A model generated the notes under the pieces. It worked only from the letters and a program-made list of their open reading frames with translations. It was not told the DNA's origin and searched no databases. Below, one piece after another: positions 1 to 9,051 of a stretch of 32,000 nucleotides of DNA. Source of the DNA: Desulfocapsa sulfexigens DSM 10523. GTDB taxonomy: Bacteria > Desulfobacterota > Desulfobulbia > Desulfobulbales > Desulfocapsaceae. Position 1 is the first letter of the stretch; each line of letters opens with the position of its first letter. The translations under genes and the position numbers were made by a program. Where the stretch lies: contig NC_020304.1 in assembly GCF_000341395.1 (NCBI RefSeq), forward strand, positions 3,450,001 through 3,482,000, written 5' to 3'.

Positions 1-661
1 CTTCAATACCGTCAACGTAGGCAATAGCCTGTTGAGCAGTACGAACATTGGATTCAGAAAGATCTATGGCATCACCCTCAGAATCTTTTAAATCATAGTC
101 TAAGGAAAACGTTATGGAAGCGTCATTTCCAGTCAGAACCATATGATAATTGCCACTATCATTCCCATCATTAATAATAGATGCTGAAACGCCTGTGTCT
201 TCTGAAACATTGTTAATGGCTTGCATCAATCCCTGAAGAGAATTGTTGGAATCATCAATCTCTAGACTAACAGCACCGATGGCAAAAGTCCCTGTACCAA
301 AAATATTTTCAGTTTCAGAACTGTATCCACTGCTAACCGTCTTTTGAACCTGCGCGAGCTGGGCCACCGCAATATCATAACTGCCTTCACGAGCACCATT
401 GGAGGTAGCGGTAATAAACTCTTCGGAACTGAGTCTGACACTGGTGGTCTGAACATCACTGGTTATATTGAGATTTCCGGCTGCAGAACGAAGATCTTCC
501 AGTTTGGCATCAAACTGCTCATACGCCTGAAGACGGATGGTCTCATACTCTTTATCAGCCTCCAGACGATCCAACGGTCTTCTTTCTATAGCCATCAGGC
601 TAGAGACCAGGTCTTCTGTGGGCAGACCTGTGGCGAGGCCACCAAAACTTATCTCTGCCAT
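1..661 (-). CDS. fliD: Flagellar filament capping protein FliD, N-terminal part (truncated by window edge)
   Basis: Not in the supplied ORF track because it is open at the edge. Reverse-complement translation from ATG at 661..659 gives MAEISFGGLATGLPTEDLVSSLMAIERRPLDRLEADKEYETIRLQAYEQFDAKLEDLRSAAGNLN..., open to position 1. The GLATGLPTEDLVSSLMxIERRPLDRLE segment is typical of a FliD N-terminus. Lies downstream of flaG on the same strand. Confidence 0.93.
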   Translation of the reverse strand, partial: MAEISFGGLATGLPTEDLVSSLMAIERRPLDRLEADKEYETIRLQAYEQFDAKLEDLRSAAGNLNITSDVQTTSVRLSSEEFITATSNGAREGSYDIAVAQLAQVQKTVSSGYSSETENIFGTGTFAIGAVSLEIDDSNNSLQGLMQAINNVSEDTGVSASIINDGNDSGNYHMVLTGNDASITFSLDYDLKDSEGDAIDLSESNVRTAQQAIAYVDGIE

Positions 662-719
662 ACCATACTCCTCAGCGGATTTTAGTGACTAACTAACTGA
701 AATATAAAACTAACAAGTA

Positions 720-1082
720 CTACTCTACGGTATCAACAAGCTTCCCGCGAAGATCCTCAAGATTTGCCTGCATACCTAGAATTTCTTCTGCAGGAACCTG
801 ACGAATCACCTCATCGGTCTTGGTGTCCACAACTTTTACGACCAGTTTATTAAACTCCTGGTTATTTTCAAAGCGAACACTATAAAGACCATCTTCGGTG
901 AGCGACTTGATCTGATTCAGGAGCTCTTCCGGCTGTACACCACCACTCTCTGGAGAACTTACCTTCTCCAGATTCACATCTCCCTTCTTCAGATCTTTAC
1001 GTCCGGAATCGACGCCATCTGCTGGCCGCGGCATCTGCTGCAGTGCGGAACCCGTTGCATTCATAGCTTCTATTGACGACAT
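720..1082 (-). CDS. flaG: FlaG family protein
   Basis: 120 aa. The C-terminus LVVKVVDTKTDEVIRQVPAEEILGMQANLEDLRGKLVD is characteristic of FlaG. GAGGAA-type SD just upstream of ATG at 1082. Sits between flagellin and fliD. Confidence 0.9.
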   Translation of the reverse strand: MSSIEAMNATGSALQQMPRPADGVDSGRKDLKKGDVNLEKVSSPESGGVQPEELLNQIKSLTEDGLYSVRFENNQEFNKLVVKVVDTKTDEVIRQVPAEEILGMQANLEDLRGKLVDTVE

Positions 1083-1213
1083 AATGTATTCCTCTAGCGA
1101 AAACCGCTAATGACAGATTATTCATAAATTTAAAAAGCTGCCCTGAAAAATCACCTGCTGTTACTAATCAAAAAAAGTAACAAGAGGACAATTTTCCAGG
1201 GGGCTTTACATGT

Positions 1214-1238
1214 CGGGGGTTGTAACAACCAACCCCCG
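1214..1238 (-). terminator. Hairpin downstream of the flagellin gene (possible terminator or processing site, no clear U tract)
   Basis: Perfect 8-bp inverted repeat CGGGGGTT (1214-1221) / AACCCCCG (1231-1238) 15 nt after the flagellin stop codon. No T-run follows on the minus strand. Confidence 0.45.
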
Positions 1239-1252
1239 AGTTGAGTTTACGA

Positions 1253-3100
1253 TTAACCTAACAGTGACAAGGCCAACTGTGGTTGCTGATTAGCCTGGGC
1301 CAAAATTGAAACGCCAGCTTGTTGCAGGATATTCATTTTGGTCATCGCCGAAGTTTCCATGGCGATATCAGCATCAAGGATCCGTGAACGTGCAGCAGAA
1401 AGATTCTCTGATACATTGTTCAAGTTGGCAATGGTGGATTCAAAACGATTCTGGATCGCACCCAAGCCACCTCGGATAATATCAACATCCTCAAGGGCTT
1501 TATCAACACTGGCGATAGCTATAACAGCATTTTCACGGGTATCAACTGACATCTGGTCAACTGTTACAGTTGCTGATGTCGCTGCACCAACATCTGCACC
1601 GCCAGCCAAGGTAATTGTGCCGGCAACACTTGCAGCAGTCGTTCCTGAAAAGTCAACCAATGCCTGAGCTGCGAGACCACTGGCAGTTGTCAGAGCCTCA
1701 ACATAACTAGCTATTTCTGCTCCAGTATCCATTGAAGCTGACGTCAATGACGCAGTGATGGTAATTGTCGTATCAGAGACCACGACAGTGCTCGCATCGG
1801 CTGTCCCGCCGGATAAGTCAAGCGAACCGGCCGTAACTGCACTCGCTGATCCTGCAAAGCCAACCAAAGCCTGGGCTGAGATAGCACTGGCGGTTGTCAG
1901 GGCGCTAAGAACAGCAGCTAACTCTGCTCCTGTGTCTGTCGCTGCAGCAGTCAGTGATGCTGTTACAGTAATCGTGGTACTTCCTGCTGTATCCGTTGCA
2001 ACCGCTATAGTAGCGTCATCTAAACCACCAGACAAATCATAGGTGTTGGCGACACTTGCAGCTGTTGATCCTGTGAAATCTATCAAAGCTTGCGCTTCAA
2101 GAGCACTGGCAGTTGTTGCATCAAAAATATCCTGCAGCCCTGCTGTTGTTGAACCGACTGTAGTGCTAAAGTCTGCGGTGATTGTGATAGTAGTACTTCC
2201 AGCAGTTGAAGTGGCAACAGTAATATCACTGCCAGAAGTCGCATCAACCAGGACAAGCGAGATATTATTACCGGCAAGCCCTGTATCATCAGCTACTACA
2301 GAGAAGGCTGTTGTAGCATTAGTTGCAGCAACACTGGTCGCAGTAGTATCAGCGACGACAACCGTAATATCATTACCAGCGGTACCAACACTCACTGCTG
2401 TCACATCTAATGACCCAGTAGTATTGGCAGCAGCAACCGAAGCAACGGAGGCTCCGCCATCAACGAGGACAATCGAGATATCATTACCAGCTGATCCAGC
2501 TGACTGTGCTGTTCCGATCAATGATCCTGCGGTATTTGTTGCTACCGAAGCTGATGTAGTTGCAGCTACTGCAGCCGCAGCTTCTCCTAAATCAGCAGCA
2601 CGGGCACTATCAATGGAAAAGGAGATAGTCTGATCAGCACCAGCGTTGGCACCAACCTGAAATGTTGCATTCGTCATAGAGCCGTCGATAACAGCTTTGC
2701 CGTTAAACTCGGTGGTCTGAGCAATACGGTCAAGTTCAAATTTAAGTTGAGTCACCTCATCGTTGAGAGAACTACGATCACTTTCGGTGTTGGTGTCATT
2801 GGCAGACTGAACGGCCAACTCACGAATACGCTGCAGGATATTAGTACTTTCCTGAAGTGCACCCTCAGCCGTTTGCGCCAGAGAGATACCATCATTAGCG
2901 TTTCTTGCTGCCTGATTCAAACCACGAATCTGAGAAGTCATACGGTCGGAAATAGCAAGACCAGCAGCGTCATCTTTAGCGCTGTTGATACGCAGACCAG
3001 ACGACAAACGCTGCATAGATTTATTTAGTGCAGATTGAGAGTTACCCAGATTACGTTGGGCGTTAAGAGATGCTACGTTGGTGTTAATTGTTAAGGCCAT
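1253..3100 (-). CDS. fliC: Flagellin with conserved D0/D1 ends and an expanded, repeated central (D2/D3) region
   Basis: 615 aa. N-terminus [82 protein letters not shown] and C-terminus [65 protein letters not shown] are classical flagellin. SD GGAGG upstream. Confidence 0.98.
   Translation of the reverse strand: MALTINTNVASLNAQRNLGNSQSALNKSMQRLSSGLRINSAKDDAAGLAISDRMTSQIRGLNQAARNANDGISLAQTAEGALQESTNILQRIRELAVQSANDTNTESDRSSLNDEVTQLKFELDRIAQTTEFNGKAVIDGSMTNATFQVGANAGADQTISFSIDSARAADLGEAAAAVAATTSASVATNTAGSLIGTAQSAGSAGNDISIVLVDGGASVASVAAANTTGSLDVTAVSVGTAGNDITVVVADTTATSVAATNATTAFSVVADDTGLAGNNISLVLVDATSGSDITVATSTAGSTTITITADFSTTVGSTTAGLQDIFDATTASALEAQALIDFTGSTAASVANTYDLSGGLDDATIAVATDTAGSTTITVTASLTAAATDTGAELAAVLSALTTASAISAQALVGFAGSASAVTAGSLDLSGGTADASTVVVSDTTITITASLTSASMDTGAEIASYVEALTTASGLAAQALVDFSGTTAASVAGTITLAGGADVGAATSATVTVDQMSVDTRENAVIAIASVDKALEDVDIIRGGLGAIQNRFESTIANLNNVSENLSAARSRILDADIAMETSAMTKMNILQQAGVSILAQANQQPQLALSLLG
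1586..2218 (-). repeat. Three degenerate ~70-aa tandem repeats inside the flagellin variable domain (type B)
   Basis: aa 295-505. Three units share T(I/V)T(I/V)TA.(L/F)(S/T)...(D/G)(T/S)..(A/G)......(A)LTTAS.(L/I).AQAL(I/V)(D/G)F(T/A/S)G(S/T)..A(S/V)......(D/T)L(S/A)GG. Confidence 0.75.
2234..2551 (-). repeat. Three degenerate ~35-aa tandem repeats inside the flagellin variable domain (type A)
   Basis: aa 184-289. [23 protein letters not shown] / [23 protein letters not shown] / [18 protein letters not shown]. The GN(D/N)I(S/T)(I/V/L)V(L/V)(V)(D/A)D core recurs three times. Confidence 0.7.
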
Positions 3101-3272
3101 GGTGATCCTCCATGAATTGTTAAGTTGGGCGTCCTTGCCCGTTTGAAACTGTATTAATTACTGTTATTCTTCAAACTTGATTTCTTCGATTATCCACCTC
3201 CCCTTTTATTGGTTACTGTTTCGGTTATAACTTTTGTAAAAACACTGTTAAGGGCTCTACTCCTTATAGGAC

Positions 3273-3300
3273 GTATCGGAAGTGGTTCCAGAATACTTTA
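3273..3300 (-). promoter_or_regulatory. Possible sigma28 (FliA)-like promoter for the flagellin gene
   Basis: Minus strand reads TAAA-N16-TCCGATAC, close to the enteric consensus TAAA-N15-GCCGATAA. The spacer is 1 nt longer. About 170 nt upstream of the flagellin start. Confidence 0.3.
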
Positions 3301-3885
3301 GTTTTTTTTTATTTAATTTATTTTATTTATTTTGGGGCTGTAGCCGACATGTTCATCGATCTGTTCAATCACCTACTGGCCGAGGGTATACTTCGTTAAA
3401 CAGTATCCTGTAAGTGCGTTCACAAAACATAATTCTTTTTTTTCGAGCGACCTTTTTTCTGTACTTATAGTATCACTAATATCACTGTCTAAATAATAAA
3501 ATAGCGTTTGAGGTACCTTTTGGTCGACAGTCGTATCTTTTTTTCTATAGTGCTGGTCGAAAAAGAATTACGTAACAAAATTATCTATTTCAAAAGATCG
3601 CTCAAACCTGCTATTATAGCAATAGTGTGCAAGATCAATTATTTCTTCAGTATCAGCACATCTCAAAGAAATGAAACTTGACACACCATCATGCCCTTTT
3701 CAGTCAATTGAGGTCTTTAGTACATGCTGCAATTTACCGTTGGTTGGAATATTGTTTTGCCCATAAAGCACTCAAAATTCCGATAGCGTATTTTTCTTTA
3801 GAAGTTTTTCATGTTCAGATCATACTTTCATTATATCTGAACATATATAGTGGTGCAGAAAATAGTTTACAGGATGACAAGTTAG

Positions 3886-6800
3886 ATGAAAAGAACAATA
3901 CAATCGGTAATGGATCCCGAGCTACAGCTCAACACCAAATCCGACTTAGTTTATTACATTACTTTTCCAGATAATTACAACCCAGCAGTCGAATACCCTC
4001 TAATAATTTCCATTGACGGATATGGTGGACACCCTGGGTCTGAATATCAGTCTGAAAAACTGAGACCTTACTTAAGTGAAAAATATGAATCTATTGTTGT
4101 AGGAGTGTCGTATCACGGCATCAACAGGACTGGAAGTGTAGTTGAATTTTCTCCTGAAGCGTGGGAATCTATTTTCGATTTAGAACCAGGTGAATTTACT
4201 AAGAGGTTTGTAGCAGGCAAACCAATGGACAAAATATTTGATGATATTTTTGCCTTTTTGGTTGAACGAAAAATCTCAAGACTTTCTCCCCTATTGGCAG
4301 TTAAAACTACCTTGCCTGACAAATACTCTTCATTTGGTTTTTTACCTGCCATAGAACATTTGAATGTTCTTTACGACATACTCTCAAACTATAAAATAAA
4401 ATTATCAGAAATTAACATCCTGGGGACATCCTATGGTGGATATATTGCCTTATTGATGGGCAAATTCGCTCCCCATACATTCAATTTTATAATTGACAAT
4501 TCTGGCTTTGTCGCCACACAATTTTCTGAAATTCACCCATCACTGGTAACAAGTAGTGCCAGTTATATGCGAATGGTTAATGGAAAAAGATATGAAATTC
4601 CGGCAACCACAAAATCATTATGGGAGAACAACGAATTTTCAGAAAAGTATTTTTCCGACGCCAACAGAATGATACGCAATGTTACTGTGAAAGAGCATAT
4701 GCTTGAGTCTGACACAAAATACTTTTCATACCATTCCAAAAAAGACATTATTGCCTTACTAGCTGAAAAAAAGATGTTTTGTGACAAATTGAAAGAATTC
4801 GCCTATGTCGATTTTTCAGAAATCGGCGACAAAGAAATTGATGGTTCATTGTTTAAAAATCTCAATCACGGCATGAACGCCTCTCTGCGAAAATTATATG
4901 ATGTTACATTCCAGAAGAATGCACTTGTAAACAAACAACATAAATATCAAACTGATTTTCATCTCAAGTCTAAGCATGTCTTTGACTGTTTCAGTAAAAA
5001 ATATGAGTTTACATACTGCCTTGATAAAGGTTTAGAAGTCAAAGTCACCTCACTCAAGATGAATCCATCAGTATCGAACCACAACAACTGTATCGACGAT
5101 AAAGATATTCCGCTAAATTCAACTATGCAAAATGACATGAAGAAACAGCCCACCATCGGTACAAAGACGCTTACACTGACTCACCTCCCCCCTTCATACA
5201 AAAACGATATTTTCAATCAAAACCTTGCATATTTCAAAGCAAAGCATCCGTCACTTTACAACATGGTAATCAATCATAAATGCAATGAGTACTGGCTTTG
5301 CAGTAATCCAGATGGAAGCCCAAATATATATGAGATAAAGAGCAACTCACCCTTATATAAGGTCTATAACAAAAAATCATTATTCGATAATATCAACAAG
5401 AATATTTCAGGACTTTCGGCCAATGCTACAATTGCTGAGGCATTTGTGGGTGGAGGGAATGATCGTTGGAAAATTAATAGTCCTATTCAATGTCAGATGC
5501 TTAATGATTTGTTCGCAAATGGTATATTTAAAAAATTAGGTGTCAATTATGACAACCTTGCACCATTCAACAATTATAAAACTGACTTTATGCCCCTGGT
5601 TCGAGTTTATGGAATAGGTCTGGGATACCACATAACTGAATTACTGAGAACAAGAAATGTTTGCTACATGACCATCTACGAACCACACCTTGATCTTTTT
5701 TACACCTCCCTCTTCACGGTACCGTGGAATCTCCTTTTTAAATATTTTGACACCAACGGCAAGGGGGTTAACCTTGTTATAGGTGACACTGCTGACAAAG
5801 CCGTCCTTAGTAATATTACTTTTATTAAAAACCGATTCATGCCACTTACTAGCTATTTCTACCGTTTAAATCATCTTAATTCTTTGCAATCAAAAGAACT
5901 TATCCAGAAAGAACCTCAATCAGATTCCATTGAAAGATCACAATCAGATGCAGGATGGTACGAAGATCAGAGGACAGGTTTTTATATGAGTGCGAGGAAT
6001 ATAAAGAAAAGAAATAAATTTTACACAGGACGACGAACCAAAAAGACATTTCGCGCTTTTGTTGTTGGAAGTGGCCCTTCACTCAATGATTCGATTTCCT
6101 ATATAGAAAAACATCAAAATGATGCTCTCATTTTCTCATGTGGATCTGCAATAACTCCTTTGCTCAAAGCTGGAATAATTCCTGATTATGAGATTGTTCA
6201 GGAACGAACATGGCATTTCCCCAAACACGAGGAAAAACACGATCTTGCTCTTGTAAAACAGATATCACTTCTTAAGCTCAATGTCGTAAGCCCCAAAATT
6301 GATCACTATTATAAGGAAACTCTTGTTTTTCAGAAATTCAGGGATCCAGGTTCTTCATTTTTAGGAAAGGACTATGCAGTGACTACCGCAGTAAACCCTA
6401 CAGTTACTAATGCCGGAATCGCTATCAGTGCTGCCCTCGGCGCAAAAGAGGTTTATCTTTTTGGTGTGGATTATGGCGCACCTGCAGAGGGTAAGAAAAT
6501 GCATGCTGCAAATACCCTCCATGACCATTCCCCTGTAGATGATAGCGTGGATGCAAAAGCCACATCCGACATTCCAGGAAACTTTGGCTCAACTATACGT
6601 ACTACCTCGGTGCTGTCCTGGTCCTTACAGACAACGGAAATGAAAATTGCCGAATTCCCAAAAATACGTTGGTATAACGTCGGTGAAGGTGCTCGTATTT
6701 CAGGGGCAATTCCAACAAAGGTAGAAAATCTTCCAAAAAAATACTCCGGGAAAACGTCAAAGAAGGATTTACGGAAACAGGTATCAAGTTGTTTCAACAA

Positions 6801-7197
6801 TAATTATTCATCCGATGAAATACTTAACAGGTTAAAAACAGTACAGATGAATCAAATCGAAGAATATCTACAATCTTTGCTTGGGTTCACAACTGCAACG
6901 CCGCAAACCAGAGAGGAGATTATCAACACTCTCCAACTGTTATATTCGGCGGTGAATGTGGGAAAAAATCAAACTAACTTCCTGCCATCCTCCCTCTTGC
7001 CATATGGTTTTATGCAATTTATTACCAGCGTCTTTATTCAGTGCTCGATGGAACCCACTGATGAAGGGGCAGTTCAATTTTTTGAAACATCCAAGAGAAT
7101 TTTGGCTGAATATATAAACAGCATACAAACGGATATACAAAAGATGTTAGACTATATTGAGCGCGACGAAGAGACTGAGTTAATTGAGGCATGGTAA
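3886..7197 (+). CDS. Fusion protein: N-terminal alpha/beta-hydrolase (DUF2920-like) + C-terminal Maf/DUF115 flagellin glycosyltransferase
   Basis: 1103 aa. N-terminal region: YPLIISIDGYGGHPGSEYQ; nucleophile elbow ILGTSYGGYIALLMG (Ser182); SYHSKKD (Asp287); NLNHGMN (His328). C-terminal region: VRVYGIGLGYHITELL...MTIYEPHLDLFYTSL (Maf N-terminal Rossmann-like) and FRAFVVGSGPSLNDSISYIEKHQNDALIFSCGSAITPLLKAGIIPDYEIVQE...TNAGIAISAALGAKEVYLFGVDYG (DUF115/MAF_flag10). Lies upstream of, and divergent from, the flagellin gene. Confidence 0.85.
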   Translation: MKRTIQSVMDPELQLNTKSDLVYYITFPDNYNPAVEYPLIISIDGYGGHPGSEYQSEKLRPYLSEKYESIVVGVSYHGINRTGSVVEFSPEAWESIFDLEPGEFTKRFVAGKPMDKIFDDIFAFLVERKISRLSPLLAVKTTLPDKYSSFGFLPAIEHLNVLYDILSNYKIKLSEINILGTSYGGYIALLMGKFAPHTFNFIIDNSGFVATQFSEIHPSLVTSSASYMRMVNGKRYEIPATTKSLWENNEFSEKYFSDANRMIRNVTVKEHMLESDTKYFSYHSKKDIIALLAEKKMFCDKLKEFAYVDFSEIGDKEIDGSLFKNLNHGMNASLRKLYDVTFQKNALVNKQHKYQTDFHLKSKHVFDCFSKKYEFTYCLDKGLEVKVTSLKMNPSVSNHNNCIDDKDIPLNSTMQNDMKKQPTIGTKTLTLTHLPPSYKNDIFNQNLAYFKAKHPSLYNMVINHKCNEYWLCSNPDGSPNIYEIKSNSPLYKVYNKKSLFDNINKNISGLSANATIAEAFVGGGNDRWKINSPIQCQMLNDLFANGIFKKLGVNYDNLAPFNNYKTDFMPLVRVYGIGLGYHITELLRTRNVCYMTIYEPHLDLFYTSLFTVPWNLLFKYFDTNGKGVNLVIGDTADKAVLSNITFIKNRFMPLTSYFYRLNHLNSLQSKELIQKEPQSDSIERSQSDAGWYEDQRTGFYMSARNIKKRNKFYTGRRTKKTFRAFVVGSGPSLNDSISYIEKHQNDALIFSCGSAITPLLKAGIIPDYEIVQERTWHFPKHEEKHDLALVKQISLLKLNVVSPKIDHYYKETLVFQKFRDPGSSFLGKDYAVTTAVNPTVTNAGIAISAALGAKEVYLFGVDYGAPAEGKKMHAANTLHDHSPVDDSVDAKATSDIPGNFGSTIRTTSVLSWSLQTTEMKIAEFPKIRWYNVGEGARISGAIPTKVENLPKKYSGKTSKKDLRKQVSSCFNNNYSSDEILNRLKTVQMNQIEEYLQSLLGFTTATPQTREEIINTLQLLYSAVNVGKNQTNFLPSSLLPYGFMQFITSVFIQCSMEPTDEGAVQFFETSKRILAEYINSIQTDIQKMLDYIERDEETELIEAW

Positions 7198-7209
7198 AAA
7201 AATAGACGT

Positions 7210-8355
7210 CTACCCGGCGACACCCAATTGGGAAAACATTTGTCCATAGATCTTTAAGGTCCGCTTTTTTGCAAGATCAATACTCTGTCTGTACTTATTT
7301 ACGGATTCTTCAGTTTCATGTAACGTTTTTGAAGCTTTACTCACGAGTTCATCTGAAAAACTGCCAGCGACAGTCACATAACGATCGTTCAGGTTAAGAG
7401 AGTCATACGCATATTGAACTCTGTCTAAGGCTGCCAATCCTACAATTGGTTTTACCATTGCCATATTGCAAACATTTGCATGATATCTCATACCGAGTAC
7501 CAGGCCACTGTTCTTATATATTGAAAAAAGTAAGTTTGCCCCTTTGTCATACTGAATACAAGGTGCGATAGTGACGTGTCGGCGAATCAAGAAATCATCC
7601 ATAGTAACCAGTAAATCAGATATTGCCCTAAGGTCGCTATAAATATGTGGAACTAAGACGACATCGAAATCTTCCTGACTAATTAGATAAGTAAGAGATT
7701 TTGAAAGCTCTTCGTAATAACGTGCAGTATCAATATTACCACGAGAATTACTTTTCATAGTCAACTGATCGCTGGTAATATTAACTGCAACGTATCTCTT
7801 ACCGTTAGTAAATATTGGATCAAGCTCAACTGGTTCGTAAAAATAGCCATTATCTAATATTTCTTCCATGTATTCCAGATAATGCTCTCCAATTTCATCC
7901 TTAAATGAATTCACCGAGCCATCGTTTCTCAAGGCAATCTTGATATTGGGCCGTGCACAAAGCTCATCAAGAAATCTTCTGAACTTAGTAATATTTCCTT
8001 CGGGTACTTCTCTATGAGGGTTACATCCAATGCTAGTTATAAGCATCGGTGTAGTGAGTTTTTTTAACACCCCGGGAAAGAAATCGATTGTCGTTCCGGT
8101 AAAGCTGTCTTTCACCCAATAATCAAGAAACCCTCCACCTCCAATTACCAGCAAATCGAAAGTGTTTGCATAATCTATAAATCCTTCATTAAATTCACAC
8201 TTATCTTTGAGGGTATAACTTTTATAAAATTTCCTGATTTCCATGCGATGGATTTCATACTTACTGAAAAACGAATCGATGATACGCTTAAACCCCATAT
8301 GACTTGCGTTATCACCTATATTGCCAAGAAAAGATGCTACATGTAAAATTCTCAT
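7210..8355 (-). CDS. Polysaccharide pyruvyl transferase family protein
   Basis: 381 aa. MRILHVASFLGNIGDNASHMGFKRIID, DLLVIGGGGFLDYW, VLVPHIYSDLRAI, LVLGMRYHANVCNMAMVKPIVGLAALDRV are typical of PS_pyruv_trans proteins. Start codon overlaps the neuA stop (TAATG). Confidence 0.8.
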   Translation of the reverse strand: MRILHVASFLGNIGDNASHMGFKRIIDSFFSKYEIHRMEIRKFYKSYTLKDKCEFNEGFIDYANTFDLLVIGGGGFLDYWVKDSFTGTTIDFFPGVLKKLTTPMLITSIGCNPHREVPEGNITKFRRFLDELCARPNIKIALRNDGSVNSFKDEIGEHYLEYMEEILDNGYFYEPVELDPIFTNGKRYVAVNITSDQLTMKSNSRGNIDTARYYEELSKSLTYLISQEDFDVVLVPHIYSDLRAISDLLVTMDDFLIRRHVTIAPCIQYDKGANLLFSIYKNSGLVLGMRYHANVCNMAMVKPIVGLAALDRVQYAYDSLNLNDRYVTVAGSFSDELVSKASKTLHETEESVNKYRQSIDLAKKRTLKIYGQMFSQLGVAG

Positions 8356-9044
8356 TAAACCTGCCCCTTTTCTATTAAAAACTCAGCATACTGCCAGTCC
8401 TCTTGGTCATCGATATCAAGGTTAGCAACACCAGTCATGATAAAGGCGTATGCCTCTGGAATAGTATAACTTTTAACCCTTTTCAAGAGATCAATTTCTG
8501 CTAGATACAACGCACCATTGTGTTCATATGCCGCTGGCATATCCTGTCGTCTAAGCTGCTGTTGAGTATCCATTAAAGATTCTAGATACTGGCCATTCAA
8601 GCGATACATAAACATCGGATGTTTTTTTAATCTTGCAACAGAAATCATCATTCCACACTCTTCATCGAGACAAGTAGCGATGATGTTATCTATTTGCTGT
8701 GTGGTCCTGAAAGGAGAGGTTGGTTGAAGTAAGAGTAAATAGTCATATTCCTCTTCAATCTGCTCCAATGCATGCATAATGACGTCCATGCTTGATGTTT
8801 CATCTTCTGCAAGATATTTCGGCCGGGTAAACGGTACTTCACAATTTGCCATCTTGGCTATTTCAATAATTTCAAAGTCATCCGAACTGAGAATCAACCG
8901 ATCAATATATTGACTGTGTAATGCCGCCTCTATTGTCCAGCAAATCAGCGGTTTATCACCCAACAATTTGATATTTTTTTTGAGGATTCCTTTTGACCCT
9001 CCTCGAGCAGTAATTAAGGCAAGAATTTTCTTCTGTTTATACAT
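8355..9044 (-). CDS. neuA: CMP-nonulosonate (N-acylneuraminate/legionaminate) cytidylyltransferase
   Basis: 229 aa. ILALITARGGSKGILKKNIKLLGDKPLICWTIEAAL, LLLLQPTSPFRTTQQID, GALYLAEIDLL, DIDDQEDWQYAEFLI. Confidence 0.9.
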   Translation of the reverse strand: MYKQKKILALITARGGSKGILKKNIKLLGDKPLICWTIEAALHSQYIDRLILSSDDFEIIEIAKMANCEVPFTRPKYLAEDETSSMDVIMHALEQIEEEYDYLLLLQPTSPFRTTQQIDNIIATCLDEECGMMISVARLKKHPMFMYRLNGQYLESLMDTQQQLRRQDMPAAYEHNGALYLAEIDLLKRVKSYTIPEAYAFIMTGVANLDIDDQEDWQYAEFLIEKGQV

Positions 9045-9051
9045 GACGTTT

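Noticed and set aside
262-685. ORFs 262-459 (-) and 344-685 (+)
   Set aside because: Both overlap the FliD N-terminal reading frame, which matches a known family and is open to the window edge.
1338-2633. Plus-strand ORFs at 1338-1667, 1755-2042 and 2043-2633 antisense to flagellin
   Set aside because: Their Val/Ala/Ser-rich sequence is the mirror of the repetitive Ala/Thr/Val-coding flagellin region. The flagellin frame is unambiguous, and no family motif is seen in the antisense frames.
3678-3974. 98-aa plus-strand ORF overlapping the start of the hydrolase-Maf gene
   Set aside because: No recognisable family, Ser/His/Leu-rich low-quality frame, overlaps a strong coding region.
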